From contig JAJYGQ010000003.1 of assembly GCA_021785065.1 (NCBI GenBank), positions 2,470 through 66,469 on the forward strand: DNA of 64,000 nt. Direction: 5' to 3'. Position numbers and translations under genes: made by a program. Shown here in pieces: positions 50,197-61,466 of this stretch. The notes below the pieces were generated by a model. That model ran no database searches, had not been told where the DNA came from, and saw only the letters and a program-made list of their open reading frames with translations. How positions within the stretch are numbered: the stretch's first letter is position 1; every line of letters starts with the position of its first letter. The DNA is from a bacterium (GTDB lineage Bacteria; Patescibacteriota; Minisyncoccia; Phycocordibacterales; JAKAEA01).

Positions 50197-51573
50197 GTGG
50201 TTTTGTGCTACATTGGGCAACGTATGGCTTTTCGACGCGGTTATTTTTTTACTCTTTTTTTGGGCGATATTTTCGTTTTTTATATTTCGCTGTGGATGAC
50301 TCTTGTGGCGCGGTATGGTCAATGGCCCAATGCCGCTCTCCTCGAGTTGCACCTGGTGCCATTTTCGCTCGTGTTTATTGTGTGGTTTATTGTGTTTTAT
50401 ATTGGTGGTTTGTACGAAAAACGAACCTTAATTTTGCGCGATCGATTGCCGTGGGCCATTGTTCGCGTGCACCTTGTGAATAGTGCGTTGGCGGTGGCGT
50501 TCTTTTACCTTATTCCATACTTTATTATCACTCCCAAAACAAATTTATTTATTGATCTTGTTATCTCGCTCATTCTCCTTTTGGTGTGGCGTCTCTACGG
50601 TATTTCTGTGCTCGCTCCTCGCCAGCGCCAAAACGCGCTTTTAATTGCTAGTGGCGACGAAATGCGAGAATTGCGTGACGAAATTAATAATCATCCCCAT
50701 TACGCTATAACTTTTTTTTCTTCTGTTGATCTCGATCGATTAGCGGATATTGATTTTACGGAGGAAGTGGTGCAGCGGGTTTACAGTGAGCATATCTCTG
50801 TTATTGTGGCAGATTTTAAAGCTAATGAAGCCGAGCCGATTCTTGCTGCACTCTACAACCTCATTTTTTCAAAAGTGATTTTCATTGATATGCACAAGCT
50901 CTACGAGAGTGTTTTTGATCGTATCCCACTATCGCTTATTGAATACAGTTGGTTTTTGGAAAATATCTCGCTACGGCCCAAGGTAAGCTATGACTTATTC
51001 AAGCGGATTATGGATATTTTGCTTGCGGTGCCAACGGCGATACTGTCACTAGTACTCTACCCATTCATTATTGCCGCTATTAAACTCGATGATGGTGGCC
51101 CCGTATTTATTGTGCAGCAACGTATTGGTCGCGACGGCCGGCCTATTTCTATTTATAAATTTCGCTCAATGGATCGCAATGAAGTAGATGTGGCGGCGAC
51201 TGAAAAAAGTGATAATCATATTACCCGGGTCGGGGCTTTTTTACGACGTAGCCGTTTAGATGAACTGCCACAACTTTGGAATGTTATTCGTGGTGATCTC
51301 TCGCTTATTGGTCCGCGACCAGAGCTGCCTTCTGCGGTGGCGCACTACGAGCAAGAGATTCCTTACTACGGCACTCGGCACCTGATTAAGCCGGGCTTAT
51401 CTGGTTGGGCGCAGCTGTATCATGATGGTCACGCTCACCACACACTCGGCATTCAGTCGACCAAGCAAAAACTCTCCTATGATCTCTATTACATTAAGAA
51501 CCGCTCGTTTATGCTTGATATTCGCATCGCCCTCAAAACTATCAAGAAATTGTTAACCTTTGCTGGCGCCTGA
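50197..51573 (+). CDS. polyprenyl-phosphate glycosyl-1-phosphate transferase (bacterial sugar transferase, WbaP/EpsL-like)
   Basis: C-terminal catalytic domain KRIMDILLA...GGPVFIVQQRIG...KFRSM...DELPQLWNVIRGDLSLIGPRPE. Confidence 0.85.
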   Translation: MVLCYIGQRMAFRRGYFFTLFLGDIFVFYISLWMTLVARYGQWPNAALLELHLVPFSLVFIVWFIVFYIGGLYEKRTLILRDRLPWAIVRVHLVNSALAVAFFYLIPYFIITPKTNLFIDLVISLILLLVWRLYGISVLAPRQRQNALLIASGDEMRELRDEINNHPHYAITFFSSVDLDRLADIDFTEEVVQRVYSEHISVIVADFKANEAEPILAALYNLIFSKVIFIDMHKLYESVFDRIPLSLIEYSWFLENISLRPKVSYDLFKRIMDILLAVPTAILSLVLYPFIIAAIKLDDGGPVFIVQQRIGRDGRPISIYKFRSMDRNEVDVAATEKSDNHITRVGAFLRRSRLDELPQLWNVIRGDLSLIGPRPELPSAVAHYEQEIPYYGTRHLIKPGLSGWAQLYHDGHAHHTLGIQSTKQKLSYDLYYIKNRSFMLDIRIALKTIKKLLTFAGA

Positions 51574-51637
51574 TTGATTTTCTTGGCTATTTGGGGTAGG
51601 ATAGCCACGTTACCACTTCCATTATTTCTACACCCTC

Positions 51638-52987
51638 ATGTCGTTCTACCGTCTCTGGACTGTTATTATTCTTATCTGCGCGGCCCTGCTTGGGTGGTTT
51701 GTGGTTGCTTCACAGAGCACTGGTAATGGTCTTGTCTCTGATTTTCCTTTTAAATTAGGCCTTGATTTGGCTGGTGGGACTGAGCTTACCTATAGCGCCG
51801 ATGTTTCTCAAGTTCCGCCGTCACAAATTCCGGGAGCAATGGAGGCGCTCAAAGGTGTTATCGAGCGTCGCGTCAATCTTTTTGGTGTTTCGGAGCCAGT
51901 CGTGCAAACTGAAATTGCCGGCGGTCTCAACACCCAAAATCGTCTCATTGTTGATTTACCCGGTGTCACCAACGTTCAAGATGCTATTGCTCAAATTGGC
52001 AAGACACCAACGCTTGATTTTCGCTTGGCGACGAGCACAAAAATCGGCACCACCACGATTACTGGATTTATACCAACTGGTTTAACTGGACGCTTTCTTA
52101 CCAGTGCTATTCTAGAATTTGATAATACTACGGGGCAGCCCTACGTGGGTTTGCAATTCAATAGTCAGGGAGCAACGCTTTTTGATCAAATTACTAAAGA
52201 TAATGTTGGAAAAGTGCTCGGCATTTTCCTCGATAATAGCCCGATTTCTGAGCCGGTCATTGATCAAGAAATCAGTGGCGGCCAAGCCCAAATCACCGGC
52301 AGCTTTACTGTTAGCCAAGCCCAATCGCTCGTGCAGAATCTCAACTACGGCGCTCTGCCAATGCCTATTACGCTAGAAAATACCCAAACGATTGGTCCAT
52401 CGCTCGGCGCTTCGGCTATGGCAGCAGGGGTGAAGGCCGGTATTATTGGTTTCTTTGCTATCGTCATCTTCCTCGTTTTGTGGTACCGCTTACCAGGCCT
52501 CATCGCCTCTATCGCGCTCACCATTTACGTTGCATTATCGCTCGCTATTTTTAAACTTATTCCGGTAACGTTGACGGCTGCTGGTTTAGCTGGTTTCGTC
52601 TTGTCTATTGGTATGGCTGTTGATGCAAATATTCTTATTTTCGAACGAATGAAAGAAGAATTGCGTTGGGGCAAGCCGTTGGTGCAGGCAATTCATGAAG
52701 GCTTCCATCGCGCTTGGCTCTCTATTCGCGACTCAAATATTTCCAGCATCATCACCTCACTCGTGCTCTTTTGGATGGGTACCTCATCGGTGAAAGGATT
52801 CGCGCTAACCTTAGGTATTGGTGTGGTGGTGAGTATGCTTACGGCTATCACTATTTCTCGCACGTTTTTGTTTGCTCTCTCACTGGTCGATAAAAATCCA
52901 TTTATTAAATTCCTTTTTGGCTGTGGGTTTCGTAAAAATAACTCGCCACGACCGGCACCGGTGGTGAATCAGCCAAATAAATCATAA
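51638..52987 (+). CDS. secD: protein translocase subunit SecD
   Basis: LGLDLAGGTELTY motif, periplasmic domain then 6 TM helices. Confidence 0.9.
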   Translation: MSFYRLWTVIILICAALLGWFVVASQSTGNGLVSDFPFKLGLDLAGGTELTYSADVSQVPPSQIPGAMEALKGVIERRVNLFGVSEPVVQTEIAGGLNTQNRLIVDLPGVTNVQDAIAQIGKTPTLDFRLATSTKIGTTTITGFIPTGLTGRFLTSAILEFDNTTGQPYVGLQFNSQGATLFDQITKDNVGKVLGIFLDNSPISEPVIDQEISGGQAQITGSFTVSQAQSLVQNLNYGALPMPITLENTQTIGPSLGASAMAAGVKAGIIGFFAIVIFLVLWYRLPGLIASIALTIYVALSLAIFKLIPVTLTAAGLAGFVLSIGMAVDANILIFERMKEELRWGKPLVQAIHEGFHRAWLSIRDSNISSIITSLVLFWMGTSSVKGFALTLGIGVVVSMLTAITISRTFLFALSLVDKNPFIKFLFGCGFRKNNSPRPAPVVNQPNKS

Positions 52988-52997
52988 ATTTACTACT

Positions 52998-54014
52998 ATG
53001 TTTGTTGTCACTTACAGAAAACTTTTCTTTACTCTCTCCGCCGCGCTCGTCGCTCTTGCCGTAGTGGCAATGATCGTCTTTGGTTTCAATTTCGGCATTG
53101 ACTTTTTGGGGGGCACCTTGACGCAAGTAGAGTACACGGGGGCAACTGCGACATCTACGGCAAATGTGAGACCAGCAAGCATTGCGGGACCGTTGGTGTC
53201 AGTGAGCCACGCGGTGGCGACATCGTCGGCAGCAACGGTCACTCGTCCTTCTGTCGCCACGCTACAAGCTGCGCTGACCGCTTTACACTTTGCAAATTTC
53301 AGCGATACCCAGATTCAGCCGTCTGGTACGGCAAGTTACATAATTCGTTCTCGTCAGCTCTCCAATACCGAGAAAACTGAGTTTTTGAACGCGCTATCGC
53401 TCAATGGTAAAGCGCCCTATACATTACAGCAGTATGATTCGGTCGGTCCGGTTATTGGTGCTGAGTTGATTCAAAAATCATATATTGCTCTTTCAGTTGT
53501 GATTATTTGTATCGTGCTTTTTATCACGTTTGCGTTCCGCAAAGTTTCTGAGCCTGTCCCGAGCTGGAAGTATGGTCTCGCGACTATCATCGCGCTGGTG
53601 CACGACGTGGTGATTCCAACTGGTCTCTTTATTATCTATCTCCACTTTACCGGTGGGCAGCTCGACATCTTATTTGTCTCTGCCGTGCTAACGATTCTTG
53701 GTTATTCGGTGCATGATACTATCGTTGTTTTCGATCGTGTTCGCGAGCACCTTCGTGTTAATAAAGAGCAGCGTATTAAAGAAACATTTGAAACGACCGT
53801 GGGTAAAAGCGTTCGCGAGACCTTTGGCCGTTCCATCAATACCTCCTTCACCATTTTCCTTGTATTGCTCGTGCTCTATCTTATCGGCGGTTCTACGACT
53901 CGCGATTTTACCCTAATGTTGCTTATCGGTATTATTGTTGGTACCTACTCCTCGATTTTCGTCGCCTCGCCCCTCCTCGTTGTTTTTGAAAAGTGGCAGA
54001 AAAAGAAAGAATAA
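52998..54014 (+). CDS. secF: protein translocase subunit SecF (with about 80-aa S/T/A-rich insert)
   Basis: NFGIDFLGGT motif, C-terminal 5 TM helices. Confidence 0.85.
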   Translation: MFVVTYRKLFFTLSAALVALAVVAMIVFGFNFGIDFLGGTLTQVEYTGATATSTANVRPASIAGPLVSVSHAVATSSAATVTRPSVATLQAALTALHFANFSDTQIQPSGTASYIIRSRQLSNTEKTEFLNALSLNGKAPYTLQQYDSVGPVIGAELIQKSYIALSVVIICIVLFITFAFRKVSEPVPSWKYGLATIIALVHDVVIPTGLFIIYLHFTGGQLDILFVSAVLTILGYSVHDTIVVFDRVREHLRVNKEQRIKETFETTVGKSVRETFGRSINTSFTIFLVLLVLYLIGGSTTRDFTLMLLIGIIVGTYSSIFVASPLLVVFEKWQKKKE

Positions 54015-54643
54015 TATACCAGAGTATGCATGATCAGCCGACAAAAAAAGAAGTCGCGCAAAAACAAACAATATTTGTATTGTCGGCCGTTATTGTCGCT
54101 CTCGTCATTGTAATTATCGTATTGATCGTCTGGCTTCCTTTTCGATCGTCTGTAACACACACAAGTCAAACTCAGCCGACAGCGCCTGTAATTAACAATC
54201 AAGCTACCACGACATCCGCAGGATCCAATCAACTGCAATCGTTTATTAATACTGCTTATGGCTACGAATTACTCTATCCGTCGCCGATGTCGGTAACTGC
54301 CCCGCAAGGCGGTAGTAACCCCACTACAAGTGGTCTGGTTAGTTTTAATGGTGCTGCTGTCGGTATTCCTTCTTTTACCGTGAGCGCGAGCACAGACACG
54401 ACGCAGAGTAATAACAATGGCTCACTTGTTTGTGAGAAGTTTGTCGGAGGTAATTACACAGCGTTTCCGGTTGGGCCGAGCATTTTCTACTACGGTACCG
54501 TGGCAACACAGCAGGGATCATTTACTTCATACTGCACTATCCATCAAGGAATAAAATACTTGATATACAGCTCTAGTCCCGCCACACAAAATGGCAACGA
54601 ACTGCTCCGTAGCGCGGTAAGTACCTTTAAGTTCTTAAAATAA
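53993..54643 (+). CDS. hypothetical membrane-anchored protein
   Basis: 216 aa, one TM, T/S-rich; no family recognised. Confidence 0.4.
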   Translation: MAEKERIIYQSMHDQPTKKEVAQKQTIFVLSAVIVALVIVIIVLIVWLPFRSSVTHTSQTQPTAPVINNQATTTSAGSNQLQSFINTAYGYELLYPSPMSVTAPQGGSNPTTSGLVSFNGAAVGIPSFTVSASTDTTQSNNNGSLVCEKFVGGNYTAFPVGPSIFYYGTVATQQGSFTSYCTIHQGIKYLIYSSSPATQNGNELLRSAVSTFKFLK

Positions 54644-54650
54644 TAAAGAG

Positions 54651-54679
54651 TTGACATATACTGGCTCCCCGTATATACT
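54651..54679 (+). promoter_or_regulatory. sigma70-like promoter (TTGACA-17-TATACT) upstream of 16S rRNA
   Basis: Hexamers read directly about 280 nt upstream of the 16S 5' end. Confidence 0.55.
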
Positions 54680-54957
54680 GTCTCCTACTCTCTATAGGGG
54701 AGTTGGTTCTTTGAAACTTGAAATACTTGAGATGGGTGGAGCCGGTAAAAACGGCTGCATCCAGCAAGTACCCAAATTATTCTTACAAAAATAATTCCAA
54801 ATAAAATAAGTCAGTTTTATTCGAGCAATCAAACTCTACGAATCTAAATTATTGTTAGGCATAAGAACATATTAAAGCGATAGTTTTCACTAGCGTCTTT
54901 TATTTTGTTCCGTTTGACTCGTCAAGAATCTTATTCGATTCTTCGCGAGGATAATTT

Positions 54958-56555
<1,598 letters not shown>

Positions 56556-56783
56556 TTCAAGGTGAATTTCGTCAATCATCACTTGATGATTAGACTGACG
56601 GAGTCGATATTGTGGATCTCGTACGAGTCCATAATGGAACGCGAATTCCTAAAGCGCTGACCGCAGGGAAAGACCGCAAATAAACGGAACAAAATAAAGG
56701 ACGTCGCTTCTTTATTCGGAAAAATCGCCTTAATAGGGCGGTTTTTCTTTTATTAGGTCATATTTTTAGGGTACAGAAAAGTA

Positions 56784-56811
56784 TTGACAAATATTTTATA
56801 TATGCTATTAT
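56784..56811 (+). promoter_or_regulatory. sigma70-like promoter (TTGACA-16-TATTAT) for the lytic transglycosylase gene
   Basis: Hexamers read directly about 80 nt upstream of ATG 56893. Confidence 0.5.
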
Positions 56812-56892
56812 ACACCATGGCGCATACGGGATAGAGAGACAACGAACTTATTGTTTTGTTTTGTTGTTTTTCTTTTTTAGTGGGGTATTCTT

Positions 56893-57345
56893 ATGCGTCA
56901 GTTCTTTCTCATTTCGGGGATGGTGTTTCTCATTTCTCATGCAGCTGCTTTTGGTAGCTACAGTAGGAATCGATGGGAGATCATCCACAGGCTTATTCCT
57001 GCTTTGATACAAGTGGAATCGAGCGGGAATAATTGGAAGGTTGGAGACAAAAAACGCTTCTATAAGGCGTATGGTTGTCTCCAAATAAGGGAGCTGATGT
57101 GTATCGACGTTGACAAACGTTGGCACACACATTACAGGGCCTCTGATTGCTTAGGCAATCGGAAGCTCTCGATTCTCATCTGCCTGCGGTACTACCGTTT
57201 GTACGATACCGCCCGGGTGGTCGGTCACCGACCAACTCTTGAGGACTTGGCCCGCATGTGGAATGGCGGACCGTACGGTTTCAAAAAACGGAGTACTGTA
57301 GGCTACTGGAGGAAGGTCCGCAAAGTCCTTCACTCTCAGGGATGA
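56893..57345 (+). CDS. small secreted lysozyme-like/lytic transglycosylase (SLT-domain) protein
   Basis: Signal peptide; IQVESSGNNW...AYGCLQIRE matches the SLT catalytic Glu-Ser and GLMQ(I) motifs. Confidence 0.6.
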   Translation: MRQFFLISGMVFLISHAAAFGSYSRNRWEIIHRLIPALIQVESSGNNWKVGDKKRFYKAYGCLQIRELMCIDVDKRWHTHYRASDCLGNRKLSILICLRYYRLYDTARVVGHRPTLEDLARMWNGGPYGFKKRSTVGYWRKVRKVLHSQG

Positions 57346-57358
57346 GTTCTTGATATAG

Positions 57359-57392
57359 GCCGTGACTAGACCACACTAGTCACGGCTTTTTT
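57359..57392 (+). terminator. rho-independent terminator
   Basis: GCCGTGACTAG-accaca-CTAGTCACGGC followed by TTTTTT. Confidence 0.8.
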
Positions 57393-57458
57393 CTTGGTTG
57401 GTTTTTGAAAATCTTTTGCCAAGTGGCGTTTTTTCTGCTATATTTCTCCAGCGTAGAT

Positions 57459-57532
57459 GGGCGTATAGCTCAGGTGGTTAGAGCGCGTCACTGATAATGA
57501 CGAGGTCCCACGTTCGAGTCGTGGTACGCCCA
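57459..57532 (+). tRNA. tRNA-Ile (anticodon GAT)
   Basis: GGGCGTATAGCTCAGGTGGTTAGAGCGCGTCACTGATAATGACGAGGTCCCACGTTCGAGTCGTGGTACGCCCA; cloverleaf with anticodon loop cTGATAa. Confidence 0.9.
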
Positions 57533-58987
57533 CATTCCTCGGAAATCGATGTTTTTAGGCGCAGTGGCGAGTACTTGATAGACGCTTTTAAATTGAGCTG
57601 AAGCCACCGTTTGGTTTTTGATAGAAGCGTTCGAGAGTACTTTTCCGAGCATATTTCGCTTTTCTTCCTCGGTGTAGTTCAAATACGTTTCCGCGGCCTT
57701 GTTGCCCTCTAAAAGAACTTCTTTAATCTGTTCGAGAGTAAAAGGCGACACACCACCCCTAGCTTGGATTTCGGCGATTTGCTTCTTGATAATAACCCGC
57801 TTGTTTTCAATCTCCTGAAGCTTGATTTTGTAGACTTCTTCCCGGATTAATTGAGAACTGTAGCCATCGGCCAGAGTTAATTCTTTCTTGAGCAGATCGT
57901 CCAACTCCGCAGTCAGAGTTCCCGTTGAATTTTCAACATACGTGATTTTGCCTTTATTTTCTTCCTTATACATATCATAGGAGAATTCGATCAATTCTTC
58001 TCTGAATTTTAATTTGAGAAAAAGGTTGGATAGAAGAGCGTGAACATCATCGGATTTCAGATACTTTTTGTGTTCTTCGCAGTTACCCCTGCCATTGGTG
58101 CAGTAGTAATATTGGTGGCCCCGTTGGGTGTCCACGGTTAACGCGCAGCCGCAGGAGGCGCATTTCAGGAATCCCTGAGCGGCGTAGAAGTACTTTTTCG
58201 GGCGAGGGTGATTCCGGCCGGCGAGAACGTCTTGCACGGTGTCAAACAGTTTTTGAGATATGATCGGTGTATGTTTGCCGGGGTAAATTTTGCCGTCACG
58301 AGGCATGAGGCCGGTGTAGAAGCGGTTGAGGAGCAAGCGCTGTAACTGACCTTTTTCGATTTTGTTGCCGGTTTTGGTTCGTAAACCTTCTTTGTAGAGA
58401 ATGTCGCTGGTTTGCTTCAGCGTGTGAGTGCCTGTGGCGTAGAGCTCAAATGCGCGGGTGATAAACGGAGCATACTTTTTGTCCACGACGACGGTTTTGG
58501 TAGTCTTGTCGTTAAGATATCCCAGAGGCGCTTGATTGGGCCATTCACCACGTTCCAGTTTTGCTCGGTTGCCTCGTTTGACGTTGACGCTAAGGTCACG
58601 AATGTATTGATTGGCCATGGCCTGCTCAATGCTCATGACGATGACGTTGTCGTTAGGGTAGTAGCTTTTATCAAACGTCCGAATGCACTTAATCTGATTG
58701 TTTTGGAGGAGCCATTGAATCTGACCGCCATCCACTGGATTTCTCGTTAAACGGTCAATTTTCCAGCAGAGAATGGCATCGGCTTTGCCGGCGGTGATCA
58801 TTTTGATCATGTCATTGAAGATGGGCCGGCCGGGCTCTTTAGCCGATTTGCTTTCCTTGAGAATGGCAATTACGTCTAAGCCATTAGCTTTGACGATTTT
58901 CTGGAGCTCGTCTTCTTGCGATGCCAGCGACAAAACCTGTTTATCTTCAGTATCAGTGGATTTTCTACAATAGAGAATAAATTTCAT
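57488..58987 (-). CDS. large serine recombinase (integrase), C-terminus encoded on the complement of tRNA-Ile
   Basis: Catalytic YCRKSTDTEDKQ...SLASQ...DRLTRN resolvase domain, recombinase domain, zinc ribbon CASCGC...YYYC; last 15 codons and TGA stop overlap the tRNA anticodon and T arms. Confidence 0.85.
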   Translation of the reverse strand: MKFILYCRKSTDTEDKQVLSLASQEDELQKIVKANGLDVIAILKESKSAKEPGRPIFNDMIKMITAGKADAILCWKIDRLTRNPVDGGQIQWLLQNNQIKCIRTFDKSYYPNDNVIVMSIEQAMANQYIRDLSVNVKRGNRAKLERGEWPNQAPLGYLNDKTTKTVVVDKKYAPFITRAFELYATGTHTLKQTSDILYKEGLRTKTGNKIEKGQLQRLLLNRFYTGLMPRDGKIYPGKHTPIISQKLFDTVQDVLAGRNHPRPKKYFYAAQGFLKCASCGCALTVDTQRGHQYYYCTNGRGNCEEHKKYLKSDDVHALLSNLFLKLKFREELIEFSYDMYKEENKGKITYVENSTGTLTAELDDLLKKELTLADGYSSQLIREEVYKIKLQEIENKRVIIKKQIAEIQARGGVSPFTLEQIKEVLLEGNKAAETYLNYTEEEKRNMLGKVLSNASIKNQTVASAQFKSVYQVLATAPKNIDFRGMWAYHDSNVGPRHYQ

Positions 58988-59023
58988 AGGAGAATTTTAG
59001 AACAATATGGGAAAATGACTAGT

Positions 59024-59782
59024 TCAAATTTTGTAAATTCTGTGTCGTCCTGTGCCCAGGCGCATAGTGTCGTAGGATTTATCTATTTCCGGCTCACCGG
59101 CACCCAATTCTTGAAGCGCAGCATCTACAGCGGTGGCACTGATACCACCAACTATTTCCGGTCGTAGCAGATTTCTTGAGCAGGTATACGATTTTTGACC
59201 CATTAAGCGGTAATCGGTAAAAGATTTAGTCATATACTTAGCTAGATAGGAAGATAATCTTGGGCCACCATCACTTTGGATTACGTCAATGAAGCCGTGT
59301 CCCCAGAGTCCTTTAACCAATCGGGTATGTCGCTCTGTTTTAGCGAGGGTCTCGGGAAGACCCCAGAGCATAGCATGGAAATGAATGGCTCCACGGTCTT
59401 GAAATTCTGGGACTGCGATGTACCGAAATTGTTTGCCGAATTGATGGCGGAGAGTCTGGATAAAAGCATGGAAATCTTTGTATCCATGACTGAGAGACGT
59501 TTGGTTGTCTTGGTAGGTAAGAGTAAGCAGTAGAGGGTGGTCAACTCCTCCAAGGTTAGCAGAAACAAGCCGTCTAAAAGCCATTGCAGCGCGCCGTGCG
59601 TTATCTTGGCGTTTGCCCTCGTATTCGTGTCGCTGTAATGGATTTTCTCCACCAGGAGCCACACCCACGCCGCCATTTTTAACCGAAAAGCGTCTCTGTC
59701 TTGGGGGTCTATCTGGAAGGTCTCGTGAGTATTCATATGTTTCAATTGTGTGAGCGTATTTAATAATTTTGTTGTATCCCAT
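59024..59782 (-). CDS. rep: rolling-circle replication initiator, Rep_1 (pC194/pUB110-like) HUH endonuclease family
   Basis: Motif I LLLTLTY, motif II HFHAMLW (HUH), motif III YLAKYMTK (catalytic Tyr). Confidence 0.75.
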   Translation of the reverse strand: MGYNKIIKYAHTIETYEYSRDLPDRPPRQRRFSVKNGGVGVAPGGENPLQRHEYEGKRQDNARRAAMAFRRLVSANLGGVDHPLLLTLTYQDNQTSLSHGYKDFHAFIQTLRHQFGKQFRYIAVPEFQDRGAIHFHAMLWGLPETLAKTERHTRLVKGLWGHGFIDVIQSDGGPRLSSYLAKYMTKSFTDYRLMGQKSYTCSRNLLRPEIVGGISATAVDAALQELGAGEPEIDKSYDTMRLGTGRHRIYKI

Positions 59783-59814
59783 TTCTTTTTCTCTAGTTAC
59801 TTATGTGAGGTACT

Positions 59815-59844
59815 TATCAAGTCAGACAGCGGGGTCGTCCCCGC
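59815..59844 (-). promoter_or_regulatory. candidate double-strand origin: CTTGATA nick heptamer (minus strand) adjacent to GC-rich hairpins, 33 nt upstream of rep
   Basis: Minus-strand CTTGATA at 59815..59821 equals the pC194-family nick core; hairpin GCGGGG-tcgt-CCCCGC at 59829..59844 and a second GC palindrome to about 59870. Confidence 0.45.
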
Positions 59845-60013
59845 CGCCACTAAAGTGGCGCGGCGGCGACTGCCCGCTCTCGGCAATAACAGCAATTAAT
59901 CCAGCCAATGATTCTAAATATTCTTGGGCAGTCTCATCCGAAAGCTCCAAGCCGTAATACTTTTTGAAGTAGGCTTTGCACCTCTCTATGAGCAGTTGAT
60001 TTACAGTCCGCAT
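59822..60013 (-). CDS. small hypothetical protein (63 aa) upstream of rep; 3' end overlaps the GC hairpins
   Basis: ORF only; could instead be non-coding origin/leader. Confidence 0.25.
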   Translation of the reverse strand: MRTVNQLLIERCKAYFKKYYGLELSDETAQEYLESLAGLIAVIAESGQSPPRHFSGGGDDPAV

Positions 60014-60107
60014 TTCGCTAGAATAAACGGACTGTTTGGCAGAATTTCTCGCTCTCGGTACCCAACTGGCTAACTGAAGCCAAAAATTTCATAGAATTTT
60101 TAATAAA

Positions 60108-61052
60108 ATGCCCACTATTAAGCGGGAGTATGGAAAACTCAAAGCAAAACCAACCTTTTTCAAGAAAGGAACTGTCGTCTATTCAAATTCCGGCCACGCA
60201 TTACACCTTTCCAATGGCTACTATCGTTGCAGTCTAAATTGCAGAAAAGAGCTTGGCAGCAAAGAAAGCCAAGTTGAACAGGAGCGTCTGCACCGAGATT
60301 TTTCTCGAATAGCTAAACGTTTCGCGATTGGTGAGGACGATGTCAACGCTGTCTTGCGCCAATTGATGCAGAGGTATTTTGTGAATACGTTGTTTGATAT
60401 TGACGAAAAGACCGATAGCAAAGGAAGAATAATTAACGCCAATATCGTCAAAATGAAGGCTGATATTAAACGGGGTGAATTTGTCAAAAGAGACGTGACT
60501 GATTCTTTTGATCGATTCATGGAAATCAGTAAAGACGAATATCCATTTATCATGTTCTGTTACGCTTTTGGTGTTATTGGATCATTGTCGGCATTGCATG
60601 GGGAGCGTGAGATTGGGCAAGTCTTGGCCGCGATTACCAAACACGTCTATATATCAGATATTGGAATTGTAGAGAAAATTGAATTTGAACCATGGGGCTG
60701 GTACATCTTGAATTTCATGGAAAAACAGGTGCCGAACTATTTATGGAGTCTTAAAAAACATGGGGTAGATATCACCAATGACCACACCGATCAATTTTTG
60801 AAAAAAGATTTTTCGGCGGCAATCGCGTATTTTGAATCCGAAGGTTTTGAAGAAGCACTCCACAATGATATGACCCAAGTTCTCTACAAACTTTTTTCGT
60901 TGATGAGAGATTCAATACGAGTACTTTTAAAAGGCGATACAGCATCAATGCAAAAAGCCTACACGGATTTGGTTGAACGATTTAAGAAAGATCCAGTATT
61001 CAAAATGGCAATGATGTTGCCGGCATTAGGAAGTGGAAAGATCAAACTTTAA
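60108..61052 (+). CDS. hypothetical protein (314 aa) of the element
   Basis: Clean ORF, no recognisable motif. Confidence 0.45.
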   Translation: MPTIKREYGKLKAKPTFFKKGTVVYSNSGHALHLSNGYYRCSLNCRKELGSKESQVEQERLHRDFSRIAKRFAIGEDDVNAVLRQLMQRYFVNTLFDIDEKTDSKGRIINANIVKMKADIKRGEFVKRDVTDSFDRFMEISKDEYPFIMFCYAFGVIGSLSALHGEREIGQVLAAITKHVYISDIGIVEKIEFEPWGWYILNFMEKQVPNYLWSLKKHGVDITNDHTDQFLKKDFSAAIAYFESEGFEEALHNDMTQVLYKLFSLMRDSIRVLLKGDTASMQKAYTDLVERFKKDPVFKMAMMLPALGSGKIKL

Positions 61053-61053
61053 C

Positions 61054-61429
61054 AGAAATACCGTTCCGGCCGCTTAAGCCGGGCAGGTTCTCACACCGCC
61101 CGTGGGGTTTGCGGCTTCTTATTTTCGGGCACAATGGCGCGTCCTTGGCGCAGCATCGTAGTGAAGCACAAACGCTTACACCATAGAGCTTTCTAGCGCT
61201 ATGGAGATTTCCTCTCTTTTGGGAAAGGAAATAGTAGAAGCCAGAAAGTCCTATGGGCTGGCTTCACTACCATACTGCGCCGGTCGCGACAAACATTAAA
61301 GGAAATAGTAGAAGCCAGAAAGTCCTATGGGCTGGCTTCACTACCATACTGCGCCGGTCGCGACAAACATTAGTGGCTTGAAGCCCGAAACCTCCACGGG
61401 CTTACGAGAGCGGCCGGAACCGTATTTCT
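61054..61429. repeat. 376-bp structured non-coding block: 20-bp terminal inverted repeats (1 mismatch) enclosing a 74-bp direct repeat x2, each unit with an 8-bp-stem hairpin
   Basis: Left arm GAAATACCGTTCCGGCCGC (61055..61073) versus right arm GCGGCCGGAACCGTATTTC (61410..61428); repeat units 61225..61298 and 61299..61372; hairpin GAAGCCAG...CTGGCTTC. Confidence 0.8.
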
Positions 61430-61466
61430 TGAGAGAATATTTTGTGATATTCTATTAAAAATAAAC

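Noticed and set aside
61225-61372. Possible CRISPR array (74-bp direct repeats)
   Set aside because: Only two contiguous copies with no spacers between them, no cas genes nearby, and the repeat contains its own hairpin within an inverted-repeat-bounded block. This looks more like an origin or iteron structure.
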